A model generated the notes under the pieces. It did not search any database and had not been told where the DNA came from. It was given only the letters and a program-made list of their open reading frames with translations. A DNA stretch of 63,703 nucleotides, filler included, from an uncultured bacterium (lineage in GTDB: Bacteria; DAOPZR01), in NCBI GenBank assembly GCA_964637655.1. It is 3 parts of 3 records of this genome, joined end to end, with 100 filler letters (N's around TTAATTAATTAA, not from the genome) between each part and the next. Parts side by side here need not be neighbours in the genome. Positions count along the whole stretch, not along the records: positions 1 to 2,295 come from CAZWUZ010000001.1; positions 2,396 to 33,417 come from CAZWUZ010000011.1; 1 more part is not named here. The stretch is one strand, 5' to 3'. Made by a program: the position numbers and the translations under genes. How positions within the stretch are numbered: position 1 is the first letter of the stretch; each line of letters begins with the position of its first letter. Below, one piece after another: positions 1 through 9,540 of the stretch.

Positions 1-524
1 TTGAGAAACAGCAGTGTGTGGACGCCGGCGCCAAGGCCGAACAGCAGGGAGACGGCCGACATCACCAGCGCAATGATTGACACGAAATGCGTGGTGCCGG
101 TGTCCATGCGGAACGGTGACAGGGAGGTTGCCGGCACCGGTGGTGCCGCGTCAAACGCTGCCTGCACCTCCGGCCGCTGCAGATAGCGCAAGGTATAGAT
201 GCCCACGGCTGTGCCAAACGGAAGAGCCAGCAGGGAGACCCATGCCGTGCGCCGGCAGAAGCGCAGGTTCTGACGGGCAGCGAGCAACCGTCCAGTCCGT
301 AGCTGCAGATAGGCAAGCACCGCGCCCGCCAGCGCAGCAATGATCATCAGCGACATAATGCCGAACATCAGCGTTTTCACCTCAACACCACCGCTGAACA
401 CCGGTCGCACCACCGTCATGCCCACAGCGACGCCGCCGATAATCAGCATCGGCATGTGCAGGAAGGTCATGACCGCCAGCACGAAATAGACCCGTGAAAG
501 AACATTCAGTCCGCGCAATTCCAC
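1..524 (-). CDS. Hypothetical polytopic membrane protein, 3' partial (runs off window start); absent from supplied ORF track
   Basis: Read by hand: GTG at 524 preceded by GGAGG; open frame with several hydrophobic helices (VYFVLAVMTFLHMPMLIIGG...PFGTAVGIYTLRYLQRPEVQAAF...). Confidence 0.75.
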   Translation of the reverse strand, partial: MELRGLNVLSRVYFVLAVMTFLHMPMLIIGGVAVGMTVVRPVFSGGVEVKTLMFGIMSLMIIAALAGAVLAYLQLRTGRLLAARQNLRFCRRTAWVSLLALPFGTAVGIYTLRYLQRPEVQAAFDAAPPVPATSLSPFRMDTGTTHFVSIIALVMSAVSLLFGLGAGVHTLLFL

Positions 525-557
525 GTCATTACCTCCCTTGCCCCACACCCTTCAGAA

Positions 558-1460
558 TCACGAACTCCACATGCCGAACGAAACAATCCGCCATTGTCCG
601 CCATGCCGCTCCAGAGTGGCAGACTCCCCGCTGCCATTGAGAGGGCCGATAACTTCGCCCGTCATAACACGCATGGTATCCCCTCCCGGTCCAACCTCAA
701 CATGGACAATCCGTGTATCAGTAAGCCGTTCAGGAAACAGAATGCGATTATCATCGGATGGTGCCGGTTGCAGCATCTGCAGACATATTGCATATGCATC
801 CTGCGGTGACAGTCCTGCTTGAACGAATGCGCTGTCCTGTGCCATGGCTGCGGCAATACTTTCTATTCTCCCATCGATCGAATCGATCACTGCACGGATC
901 TGTCTCATCGATCTGTTGTTGATATTCAGAGGATACGCCTTCTGCAATGCCACACATGCCGTGCGGTATTCCTGCGCGAGTGCCGCACGGTCCGGCAGTG
1001 GGCGGAACGTTTGATAATGGAGTACGCGGTCAAGATGCCGCATGAACTTCACCCAGGCATTATCCGGTGTATTGCGGAGCGGATTGTCGTCACGATACGC
1101 CTGGATGTCACTGATCGAGTCAAGCACCAGGGTGAGGGTATCACCCTCGACATTCTCGCCCGCTTGATACCTGATGGCACCGCGGTTGTCCAGATAGCGC
1201 GGATGCAGTGCCGAAGCAGTGAAAGTGCGCTTAGCGGACGGCACCGTGACCGTCGGCACATATGCCAGGCCGGTCGAATCGGTTAGCGCACAGGTCTTGA
1301 CCGACGTTCCTTCCTCCACCTCGACCCAGACCTCAACCAGCGCGTCGGCAATCGGCCGTTGGTTCCGGTCCGTCACCACGATGGTGTAATTGCCCACCGG
1401 CTGCGCCTTGCCGCAGCCCAACAGCAGGCAAAGTATCAGGATACCGAGACAGTTCCGCAT
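558..1460 (-). CDS. Putative lipoprotein with N-terminal carboxypeptidase-regulatory/transthyretin-like beta domain
   Basis: ATG at 1460 with GGAGG RBS; MRNCLGILILCLLLG-C lipobox; VTDRNQRPIADALVEV...TDSTGLA motif. Confidence 0.7.
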   Translation of the reverse strand: MRNCLGILILCLLLGCGKAQPVGNYTIVVTDRNQRPIADALVEVWVEVEEGTSVKTCALTDSTGLAYVPTVTVPSAKRTFTASALHPRYLDNRGAIRYQAGENVEGDTLTLVLDSISDIQAYRDDNPLRNTPDNAWVKFMRHLDRVLHYQTFRPLPDRAALAQEYRTACVALQKAYPLNINNRSMRQIRAVIDSIDGRIESIAAAMAQDSAFVQAGLSPQDAYAICLQMLQPAPSDDNRILFPERLTDTRIVHVEVGPGGDTMRVMTGEVIGPLNGSGESATLERHGGQWRIVSFGMWSS

Positions 1461-1512
1461 GCGCCTCCCTCTGCCCCTGTTTCCCCAGCGCTGCCGCAGC
1501 GAATCCGCAGTA

Positions 1513-2295
1513 TCAGTTCCTCTGAGCATCTGCCTGCTCCCCGGCCGATACCAGGAGGCGGTCAATCCGCGCCGTCCGCTCGGCCAGCAGTCTGGCCCGT
1601 TCGGGCGCGGGATAGTGGCATAAGAACATGCCCCCGGGTACTGTCGACTCGATGATCCGGTGATTGTCCAGGTCGATTGCGGCGGTCTTGTGCTGGTTGC
1701 GCTGAATGACCAGCATGCGTTCGTCCCGGCTCAGGATAAGTGTGAACGACTCCTGCAGGCCGTCCGCCACATATTGAGGGTCGAGGCCGTCAGCATATTC
1801 CCGTTTCCAGACCGGCCACCACAGCCGCGGTGCCGAGATGATCTGATGCGGGTTATCCGGGTCCTGCAATTGGAAATTCGCGGCTGGCTGCGCAACCATG
1901 TAATGCCTGCTGTGGCGCGGAGAATACACCCCGGCCAGCGGGCTCAACGGCCAGTACTCCATAGTGGCCATTATGCTGACCACTCCAGCCAGTGCCAGCA
2001 GACCGGTAGCCGGTACGATCAGCACAGCATGAATTGTTGCCCGCCACCACTGTCGCCGATAGAGCCAGAGCAGGATACTGATGCCCCAACCGGCCAACAA
2101 CACAATAACTGCGATGAGCAGTAGTCGGAAAGCAGCGTCCGTCACGTAGGGATTGATGGACCACACAGCGCCGGTACGAGCGCTGATCACCGACATAATC
2201 CAGCCCAGCAGCGGCGGCAGCAGCAGATACGACAGAAAGGCAAGGACCATGCATCCCGGCGGCAGCCACCATCGCTCGAAGTAGCGGGCAACTCC
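1513..2295 (-). CDS. Hypothetical membrane protein (about 3 N-terminal TM helices plus soluble domain), probably 5' truncated by contig end
   Basis: ORF 1513-2250 stays open upstream to the N linker; hydrophobic N-terminal half. Confidence 0.65.
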   Translation of the reverse strand, partial: GVARYFERWWLPPGCMVLAFLSYLLLPPLLGWIMSVISARTGAVWSINPYVTDAAFRLLLIAVIVLLAGWGISILLWLYRRQWWRATIHAVLIVPATGLLALAGVVSIMATMEYWPLSPLAGVYSPRHSRHYMVAQPAANFQLQDPDNPHQIISAPRLWWPVWKREYADGLDPQYVADGLQESFTLILSRDERMLVIQRNQHKTAAIDLDNHRIIESTVPGGMFLCHYPAPERARLLAERTARIDRLLVSAGEQADAQRN

Positions 2296-2395
2296 NNNNN
2301 NNNNNNNNNNNNNNNNNNNNNNNNNNNNNNNNNNNNNNNTTAATTAATTAANNNNNNNNNNNNNNNNNNNNNNNNNNNNNNNNNNNNNNNNNNNN
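2296..2395. other. Artificial contig-joining linker (N-run, TTAATTAATTAA, N-run)
   Basis: 100-nt spacer whose core puts stops in all six frames; same design recurs at 33418-33517. Confidence 0.97.
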
Positions 2396-2840
2396 GCAGT
2401 CGAACCCGGCGCGACTCGCGGTGCAACTGTTCCCGGTCATCCAGTCGGTCGACAGCATCGACCTGGCGCGGCGCCTGTCGCGGCTTGCCGGAGAACTGAA
2501 AAAGACGCCCGAGGTGTTCGCGCAGGTCAATACCTCGGGCGAGGCGAGCAAGTCGGGCATGGCGCCGGAAGCGGTGGGTGAGTTTTTTGCCGCGGCGGGC
2601 GAACTGCCGCACCTGCGCTGGCGCGGGCTGATGACCATCGGGCCGCTGTGCGATGATGAGCGGACGGTGCGCGCGGCCTTTGCGCGGCTGCGCAGTTGCC
2701 GCGACGACGCGGCCCGGCAGTTCCCGGCGCTGGCGCTGACGGAACTGTCGATGGGGATGACGGACGATTATCACTGGGCGATCGCGGAAGGCGCGACGGT
2801 GGTGCGCATCGGGCGCGCGCTGTTCGGCGACCGGGGCTGA
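2396..2840 (+). CDS. yggS: Pyridoxal phosphate homeostasis protein YggS/PLPBP, 5' partial
   Basis: IQSVDS, QVNTSGEASKSG, GLMTIGP, LSMGMTDDY..AIAEGATVVRIGRALFG motifs; precedes proC. Confidence 0.95.
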
Positions 2841-2850
2841 GGAGGCGACG

Positions 2851-3651
2851 ATGCTGATATTCCATGGCGGCGGGGTGATGGCGGAGGCCATCCTGCGGCG
2901 GCTGCTGGCGGAGGGGTATGACCCCGACACGCTCGCGGTTATCGAGCGCCGCGCGGAACGCGTCGACGAACTTGCGGGAAAGTACGCGGTGCGCACGGCC
3001 GCCGCGGCGGCGGAACTCGACCTGGCAAAAGCGACGGTTATCCTCGCGGTCAAGCCGCAGGACGCGGCGGTGGCACTGACGGAACTGGCGGCAGCGCCCC
3101 CGGCCCTGCTCATCTCCATCTGTGCCGGGCTGACCACCGCCTACCTCGAAGCGCGCCTCGGGGGGGAGACGCCCGTGGTGCGGGCGATGCCCAATACCCC
3201 CGCGCTCATCGGCCATGCCATGACCGCGCTGGTCGCGGGGAAGCATGCCGGGGCGGAGCATCTGCGCGCGGCGGAGAAATTGTTCGCCTGTGTCGGACAG
3301 ACGGCGGTGCTCGCCGAGGAGCGGCTGATGGATGCGGTGACGGCGCTTTCCGGAAGCGGGCCTGCCTACCTCTTCGCGCTGGCGCGCGACCTCGTCGCGG
3401 CGGGAGTGGCGCAGGGATTGGCCGCCCCGGTCGCCGCGCAGCTGGCGCAGCAGACGCTGATTGGCGCCGCACAGTTGTGGCGCGAGACGGAACTGTCGCC
3501 CGAGCAGCTCATCGCGCAGGTGAAGAGCAAGCGCGGGACGACCGAGGCGGCGCTCAACGTGCTGGCGGAGAAGAACTGGTCGGGTATCATGCACGAGGCG
3601 GTGGCGGCCGCTGCGAAGCGCGCCAATGAACTCGCCACGGAGGCGCGCTGA
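2851..3651 (+). CDS. proC: Pyrroline-5-carboxylate reductase
   Basis: LAVKPQ, RAMPNTP, DAVTALSGSGPAY, GTT motifs; GGAGG RBS. Confidence 0.95.
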   Translation: MLIFHGGGVMAEAILRRLLAEGYDPDTLAVIERRAERVDELAGKYAVRTAAAAAELDLAKATVILAVKPQDAAVALTELAAAPPALLISICAGLTTAYLEARLGGETPVVRAMPNTPALIGHAMTALVAGKHAGAEHLRAAEKLFACVGQTAVLAEERLMDAVTALSGSGPAYLFALARDLVAAGVAQGLAAPVAAQLAQQTLIGAAQLWRETELSPEQLIAQVKSKRGTTEAALNVLAEKNWSGIMHEAVAAAAKRANELATEAR

Positions 3652-3737
3652 TGCGCCGCCTCCTGTACCCCCAAAGCGTGCAGCGCATCGCCGTGCCGGC
3701 TTCGCGCGGCACCGGCCGTCCGGCGGAGGCGCGCTGA

Positions 3738-4055
3738 GTGTTCATCATCGCGAATTTTCTTACGGCCTTCGCCACGGTGCTGGGCATGGTGCTGACGGTC
3801 TACACCTGGATGTTCATCATCAGTGCGCTGCTCTCGTGGGTCAATCCCGACCCGTATAACCCCATCGTGCGATTCCTGCGCCAGGCGACGGAACCGGTGC
3901 TCTTCCGCCTGCGCAATCGCCTCCCCTTCCTGTTCATGGGGGGGCTCGACCTGTCGCCGCTGGCGGCCATCCTCATCCTCGTCTTCCTCGAACAGTTCCT
4001 CGTCGGGTCGCTGCGCCAGGCGGCCATCATCATCGCACAGCAGGTGCCGCTGTGA
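3738..4055 (+). CDS. yggT: YggT family membrane protein
   Basis: LLSWVNPDPYNPIVRFL..ATEPVL, GLDLSPL motifs; yggS-proC-yggT synteny. Confidence 0.93.
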   Translation: MFIIANFLTAFATVLGMVLTVYTWMFIISALLSWVNPDPYNPIVRFLRQATEPVLFRLRNRLPFLFMGGLDLSPLAAILILVFLEQFLVGSLRQAAIIIAQQVPL

Positions 4056-4327
4056 GCGCCATCCTGGCCGTGCAGGTGCAGCCGGCGGCGAAGCAGACGC
4101 GCCTCGTCGGCCCGTATGGCGACGGCATCAAGGTGCAGGTGGCGGCGGCGCCCGAGAAGGGGCTGGCCAATCGCGCGCTCTGCCGTTTTCTCGCGGACCT
4201 GCTGGCAGTGCCGGCCGCGGCGGTGACGGTCACGGCGGGTGATACCGGGCGGCGCAAGCGGGTGCGCATCGACGGGCTCGATGCCGCCACGCTGCGGCAG
4301 CGGCTCGCGGCGGCGGGAGCGGCCTGA
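4052..4327 (+). CDS. yggU: DUF167 (YggU/UPF0235) protein
   Basis: VQVQP.AK, IKVQV.A.PEKG.AN..L..FLA, G.T.R.KRV motifs. Confidence 0.9.
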   Translation: MSAILAVQVQPAAKQTRLVGPYGDGIKVQVAAAPEKGLANRALCRFLADLLAVPAAAVTVTAGDTGRRKRVRIDGLDAATLRQRLAAAGAA

Positions 4328-5439
4328 TGCGTGCCGTTGTCGACCGCGACGCGGTGCTGCGCGATTTCCTCGACCTCGTGCGCATCGACAGCGAGAGCGG
4401 GCACGAGCGCGCGGTCGCCGACTGGCTCGCCCCGCGCCTCACGGAACTGGGCGGCAGCGTGCAATTCGACAACGCCGCGGCCGCGACCGGCGGCGACTGC
4501 GGCAACCTCATCGCGCAGTTTCCCGGTGATGCGCGTCCCGCGCTGCTCTTTGCGGCGCACATGGACACGGTCAAACCGGGGCGCGGCATCAACCCGGTGG
4601 TGGAAGGCAACCGCGTACGCAGCGACGGCACGACCATTCTCGGGGCGGATGACAAGGCGGGCATTGCCGCCATCCTCGCCGCGCTGCGCCACGCTCCCGC
4701 GGACCGCCGCCCGCCGCTCGATGTCGTCTTCACCGTTTCCGAGGAGACGGGACTGATGGGCGCCAAGGAACTGGCACCGTCGCTGCTGCGCGCGCGCGCC
4801 GGCTATATCCTCGACGCCGAGGGCCCGGTCGGCGCGGTGACGGTGGCCGCCCCCGCGCATGAACATTACCATGTCATCACGCGCGGCAAGGCGGCGCATG
4901 CGGGCATCGCCCCGGGCGACGGGCGCAATGCCATCCGCGCGCTGGCGCAGGCGGTGGCCCGCTTCCCGCAGGGGGCGCTGGCCGAGGACACGACGGCGAA
5001 TATCGGCAGCATCGGGGGCGGCACCGCGCGCAACATCGTCGCGGCGGAAGCATGGGTCGACGGCGAGGTGCGCTCGCACCGCCCGGACGAATTGCGCCGG
5101 CAGGTGGAGAGCATCCGCGCCATCACCGCCGAGGTCGCGGCGCAGACCGGGGTGACCATGACGGTGCGCACTGAGCGCCAGTACGCGGCTTTTGCCGTTC
5201 CGGCTGCGCACCCGCTGCTCGCGGCGGTACTCGACGCGCTCCCCCCGGAGCGCCCGCTGCGCATGCAGTCGAGCAATGGCGGCAGCGACGCCAACATCCT
5301 CAACGCGCTGGGCATCACCACGGTCGTGCTGGCCGCGGCTTTCGCCAACGTGCACACGACGGAGGAATATGTCGACCTCGACGAACTGACCGCTTCCGCA
5401 CAGCTGCTGACAGACATCATGGAGCACTGGTCACGATGA
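4327..5439 (+). CDS. M20/M25/M40 family metallopeptidase (peptidase T-like)
   Basis: AHMDTV, GADDKAG, SEETG, GGSDAN, HTTEE motifs. Confidence 0.9.
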   Translation: MRAVVDRDAVLRDFLDLVRIDSESGHERAVADWLAPRLTELGGSVQFDNAAAATGGDCGNLIAQFPGDARPALLFAAHMDTVKPGRGINPVVEGNRVRSDGTTILGADDKAGIAAILAALRHAPADRRPPLDVVFTVSEETGLMGAKELAPSLLRARAGYILDAEGPVGAVTVAAPAHEHYHVITRGKAAHAGIAPGDGRNAIRALAQAVARFPQGALAEDTTANIGSIGGGTARNIVAAEAWVDGEVRSHRPDELRRQVESIRAITAEVAAQTGVTMTVRTERQYAAFAVPAAHPLLAAVLDALPPERPLRMQSSNGGSDANILNALGITTVVLAAAFANVHTTEEYVDLDELTASAQLLTDIMEHWSR

Positions 5440-7277
5440 ATATGCGGTTGTACGTGCGCGCGGCGGCGGCGGCGGCGGTGCTCGTGGCGCTGGCCGTCCC
5501 GGCCGGCGCGGCAGAGAACGCGCGCGACTACTATACCGACGGCATGGCCGCGCTGGCCGACGGGCAGCTGCTGACCGCGGAGACGGCGCTGCGGCGCGCG
5601 GTGGCCATCAACCCCTACTACGCGGACGCGCATCTCGCGCTGGGGCGGCTGCTGCTTGATACCGGGCGCTGCACCGACGCGGTCGCTTCCTGCAGCACGG
5701 CGGTCGCCATCGCCCCGACCGACCCGGACGCCGCCTGCTGGCTGGGCCGCGCCTACCGCGTGCTGGGCGACGATACCGCGGCGGCGGCGCAGTTTGCCGC
5801 GGCGCTGGCGCTCGACCCGGGTCATCGCGAGGCGCGGCTGCACGAGGCACTGCGCCGGCAGGCGGCAGGTGATGCGCGGGGTGCGTTGCAGCTGCTCAGG
5901 CGGCTCGAGGAGATGGCACCCGACTATGCGCCGCTCTACCTCGTCCGGGCTGATATTCGCGCGGCGCGGGGCGAGGCGCGCGCTGCGCTCGCTGATTACC
6001 GTCGGGCCTGGACGCTGTCCCCCCTGACCGCGCATGGTGAGGCCTACCTGCGGCAGCTGCTGGCGCTGGCGCAGTATGCGCAGGCGGATACTGTGGCGCA
6101 GCAGGTGCTCGCGCGCGACCCGAATAACCGCAATGCGCATCTCGCGCGGGCGCAGGCGGCACTGGCGGCCGGGCAGCCGTTGCCGGCAGCGACGGCCGCG
6201 GCACTGGGCGAAGCGGGGCTCACGCATGCCTACCTGCTCGGACTCGCGGCACGACAGCGCGGGGATACGACCGCGCAACTCGAATACTTTGCCGCCGCGG
6301 TGGCGGCTGACGAATACGATCCGTTCGCCCGGCTGCTCTACGAACAGGTGGCGCAGGCCATTCTCCGTGCCGACCATCCGCAGCGTCGCGCGCTCGGTGA
6401 GTGGCGGCTGCGCCAGGCGCGACGGGCGGTGGAACGCGGCGACGAGGCGGTGACCCGCTGGCACTTTGATCGTGCCATTGCGCTCGATCCGCAGTCGGCG
6501 CCCGCGCGCTTCACCTATGGACGTTTCCTGCAGCGGCGCGGACTGCTGCAGGCGGCCCAGCGCCACCTTGATGCGGCGGTCGATCTGCAGTCGCGCAGTT
6601 CGCTCTACCGCGATATCGCCGACGAAAACCGGGCGCGGCGCGAACGCGGCTATGATGCGCGCGCGGGCGTGCGGCCGGTGCCGCCGCCGCCGCTGCGGGT
6701 CGCCATCTGCCTGTATGATGACGGGGCCGGCGACTGCCTGCACCCGCTGGCCGCTGACCTGCTCGGCGAAGAACTGGCGGCATTTTTCATCCAGCAGCCG
6801 CAGGTGACGGTCAGTGCGCGCCCGACGGGACTGCGCGAACTGACCCTCGCGGAGGCGGAGGCGCTGGCCGGCAATGCCGACCTGCTCATTTACGCGCGCC
6901 TGACGGAGGGCGAAGAGCAGGGTACGCTGACCGGGGTAGTCGTGTATCGCGCCGACAACCGCGTGCGGCCGCTCAACCTGCGCGAGCGCGGGCTGCGCTG
7001 GTATGACGAACTCTGCCGCCGGGCGCGGCGCGAGGCGGAAATGCTGCTGCCGCGCGCGGGCGAGATCCTGCAGCTCGACGGCGCGGAGATCATCATTAAC
7101 CTCGGCGCGGCGCACGGGCTGCAGACGGGCGACCGGCTGCAGGCGGGTGCGGCGCAGGTGGCGCTGCAGGTGCAGGAAACAGGGGAATATCTCGCACGCT
7201 GTGCGGCGGTGCACCGGCAGGATGTCGACCGGCTGCGCCGCCGCGACCGGGTGCACCAGGTACAGGACGGACCATGA
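5436..7277 (+). CDS. Secreted tetratricopeptide-repeat protein with C-terminal beta domain (FlgT-C-like)
   Basis: Signal peptide (VPAGA-A); multiple TPRs (AVAINPYYADAHLALG...); C-terminal GEIL..DG.EIIINLG..HGL..GD.L. Confidence 0.75.
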   Translation: MNMRLYVRAAAAAAVLVALAVPAGAAENARDYYTDGMAALADGQLLTAETALRRAVAINPYYADAHLALGRLLLDTGRCTDAVASCSTAVAIAPTDPDAACWLGRAYRVLGDDTAAAAQFAAALALDPGHREARLHEALRRQAAGDARGALQLLRRLEEMAPDYAPLYLVRADIRAARGEARAALADYRRAWTLSPLTAHGEAYLRQLLALAQYAQADTVAQQVLARDPNNRNAHLARAQAALAAGQPLPAATAAALGEAGLTHAYLLGLAARQRGDTTAQLEYFAAAVAADEYDPFARLLYEQVAQAILRADHPQRRALGEWRLRQARRAVERGDEAVTRWHFDRAIALDPQSAPARFTYGRFLQRRGLLQAAQRHLDAAVDLQSRSSLYRDIADENRARRERGYDARAGVRPVPPPPLRVAICLYDDGAGDCLHPLAADLLGEELAAFFIQQPQVTVSARPTGLRELTLAEAEALAGNADLLIYARLTEGEEQGTLTGVVVYRADNRVRPLNLRERGLRWYDELCRRARREAEMLLPRAGEILQLDGAEIIINLGAAHGLQTGDRLQAGAAQVALQVQETGEYLARCAAVHRQDVDRLRRRDRVHQVQDGP

Positions 7278-7648
7278 ACGGGAGCGCGGACATGAAAGTG
7301 GAATTCGGCACGGACAAGCAGGTCATCGACGGGATCACGGTGCTCGCGGTGCGCGGGCGGGTGGACGCCTTCGTCTATTCGCTCTTCCGCGACCGGCTCA
7401 CCGAGGCCATCGACGAGGGAGAACAGAAACTCGTCCTCGACCTGACGCAGACGGAGAATATCAACACCACCTGTGTCGGACTCATCGTCAGCCGCATGAA
7501 ACAGTGTCGCGATATGGGGGGCGATGTCAAACTCGCCGGACCGTCCGACTACCTGCGCCGCATCCTGCAGCTTATCGGCGTGGTCAAGGTGTTCGAAATC
7601 TTTCCCGACGCGCCGCAGGCGGCGCGCGCGTTCAACCCGCAGCCGTGA
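7274..7648 (+). CDS. STAS-domain anti-sigma-factor antagonist
   Basis: VLAVRGRVDA, LVLDL..., GGDVKLAGP...RILQL.G...VFEIF; phospho-site region reads INTTCVG rather than IDSSGLG. Confidence 0.88.
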   Translation: MNGSADMKVEFGTDKQVIDGITVLAVRGRVDAFVYSLFRDRLTEAIDEGEQKLVLDLTQTENINTTCVGLIVSRMKQCRDMGGDVKLAGPSDYLRRILQLIGVVKVFEIFPDAPQAARAFNPQP

Positions 7649-8529
7649 ATACGCCCGTGTGGCCGGGTGATGCGCAGGTGATTACCGGCCGTACCCGCCT
7701 GCTCGGTATCATCGGCTGGCCGCTCACCTACACGCTCTCGCCGGGCTTCCAGAATGCCGGGCTGCGCGCCGCCGGGCTCGACTACGCGTATCTGCCGTTT
7801 CCCGTCGCGGATGCCGAATTCGACCGCGCGCTGGCGGGACTGCGGGCGCTGCACGTGCGCGGATTCAATGTCACCATCCCCTACAAGGAGCGCATCCTGC
7901 CGCTGCTCGACGCGGTCGACCCGGTGGCGGCCGCCATCGGTGCGGTCAACACGGTGGTTGCTGACGCGGAGAACCGCTGGACCGGGTACAATACCGATGT
8001 CGACGGGTTTCGCGCCGGGCTGCCCGACCCGGAGGCGCTGCGCGGGGCGGCCTGTGTCATCGTCGGCGCCGGGGGCGCAGCGCGTGCGGTGGCAGCGGCG
8101 CTGACGGCAATTCCTGTCGGGGGCATCACGCTGTACGACCCAGTGACCGAACGGGCCCAGGCGCTGGCGGCACACTTCATGCAGCAGGCGCCCGCGGTGG
8201 TCACGATGGTGGCGCGCTCGCGCGAGGGACTGGCGGCGGCGGTCGCCGCGGCGGCGCTGACGGTCAATGCCTCGCCGCTCGGTCTGCACGCTGACGACCC
8301 GCTGCCGCTCGATGCGGTGTGGCTGGCGCGTGGCAGCATGTACTACGACCTGGTCTATCAGCCGGAACCGACGCCGATGATGCGTGCCGCGGCGGCGCGC
8401 GGCGCAGTGGCCGTGGGCGGGCGGGAAATGCTGCTGCAGCAGGGAGCGCGTGCCTTTGCGCTCTGGACGGGAGAACAGCCACCGCTCGATATCATGCGCG
8501 TCGCGCTGCAGGCCGCGCTGGAATCGTGA
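7645..8529 (+). CDS. aroE: Shikimate dehydrogenase
   Basis: GIIGWPL..TLSP, GFNVTIPYK, IGAVNT, GYNTD, GAGGAARA, DLVY, MLLQQGA; GTG start overlaps STAS stop. Confidence 0.95.
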   Translation: MNTPVWPGDAQVITGRTRLLGIIGWPLTYTLSPGFQNAGLRAAGLDYAYLPFPVADAEFDRALAGLRALHVRGFNVTIPYKERILPLLDAVDPVAAAIGAVNTVVADAENRWTGYNTDVDGFRAGLPDPEALRGAACVIVGAGGAARAVAAALTAIPVGGITLYDPVTERAQALAAHFMQQAPAVVTMVARSREGLAAAVAAAALTVNASPLGLHADDPLPLDAVWLARGSMYYDLVYQPEPTPMMRAAAARGAVAVGGREMLLQQGARAFALWTGEQPPLDIMRVALQAALES

Positions 8530-9455
8530 TGGGGCCGCTTTACGACCTTACGGTCGTCTTCATCCTCGGCGGCTGTGTCGGTTCGTTTGCCAATGTCGTT
8601 ATCTGGCGCCTGCCGCTGCTGCTCTTTGCGCGTGACTGGCGGAAACATACCGATGCTGCTTCCCGGCGCGAACTGCTCGAACTGATCGATGACGATGCCA
8701 CGCGGGCGAAGGAAAAACTCGATACCGCGCTGAATCGCGACCTCAACATTATCACCACGCTGTCGCACTGTCCGCATTGCCGCCGCACGCTCACCGCGCG
8801 CGACCTGGTACCGCTGCTCTCGTGGCTCTTCCTGCGCGGAAAATGCCGTACCTGCGGCGGACGCATCAGCGCGCGATACCCGCTGGTCGAGCTGCTGTGC
8901 GGGCTGACGGCGGCTGCCTGCTGGCTGCGTTTTGCGCATGATCCGCTCTCGTTCGGCATTTTCGCGGCGCTCGGGCTGCTGCTCATCATCGTGTTTTTCA
9001 TCGACCTCGATTATCGCCTGATTTTCGACGAACTGACCTATCCCGCGCTGGCGCTGGGGCTGCTCGCAGGGGCGTGGACACATTACCCGTGGCAGGAAGT
9101 GGTGCCGCACCTGTGGGGCGTCGTGCGCGCAGGGACGGGGGCGCTGGCCGTGGCCGGGACGGGATGGACGATTTACGCCGTGGGGCAGAAACTCTACGGG
9201 GCCGAGGTTTTCGGGCTGGGTGACGTGAAACTGCTCGCGGTGCTGGGTGCGCTGCTGGGCTGGCAGCACGGGCTGCTGCTGCTGTTTCTGGCCTTCTGCT
9301 ACGGATCGGTATTCGGGGTCGGAATGGTGGTGCTGCGCGTGGCGACGATGAAGTCGCTGGTGCCGTTCGGGCCGTACCTGGTCTTTGCCGCGTTCACGGT
9401 CATGCTTGCGGGCCCGGAACTGCTGGCGGCCTACCACGACCTGATGCGCCTGTGA
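8529..9455 (+). CDS. pilD: Type IV prepilin peptidase/N-methyltransferase (A24)
   Basis: GSFANVVIWRLP, SHCPHC, VPLLSW.FLRGKCR.C...ISARYPLVE, IDLD, GLGDVKL, PFGPYL. Confidence 0.93.
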   Translation: MGPLYDLTVVFILGGCVGSFANVVIWRLPLLLFARDWRKHTDAASRRELLELIDDDATRAKEKLDTALNRDLNIITTLSHCPHCRRTLTARDLVPLLSWLFLRGKCRTCGGRISARYPLVELLCGLTAAACWLRFAHDPLSFGIFAALGLLLIIVFFIDLDYRLIFDELTYPALALGLLAGAWTHYPWQEVVPHLWGVVRAGTGALAVAGTGWTIYAVGQKLYGAEVFGLGDVKLLAVLGALLGWQHGLLLLFLAFCYGSVFGVGMVVLRVATMKSLVPFGPYLVFAAFTVMLAGPELLAAYHDLMRL

Positions 9456-9462
9456 TGCTAAT

Positions 9463-9498
9463 TCCGGTGCCAGGCACTCAACTAATGGAATTACGGGA
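9463..9498 (+). repeat. Left copy of a 36-bp inverted repeat containing palindrome GTGCCAGGCAC (REP/TIR-like)
   Basis: TCCGGTGCCAGGCACTCAACTAATGGAATTACGGGA matches the reverse complement of 13771-13806 at 35/36 nt. Confidence 0.93.
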
Positions 9499-9540
9499 GC
9501 AGTTTGATACTTTCGGGGCGAATACAGAAGGATGGGGTGG

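Noticed and set aside
2296-2395. TTAATTAATTAA palindrome within N-runs (also 33418-33517)
   Set aside because: Artificial six-frame-stop contig linker; adjacency across it is not biological evidence
7003-7644. Long N-terminal extensions of aroE, pilD (8319), uppS (57783), rpsB (55014) and dxr (60337) in the ORF track
   Set aside because: They overlap upstream genes or leaders; better starts with RBS or stop-start coupling lie downstream
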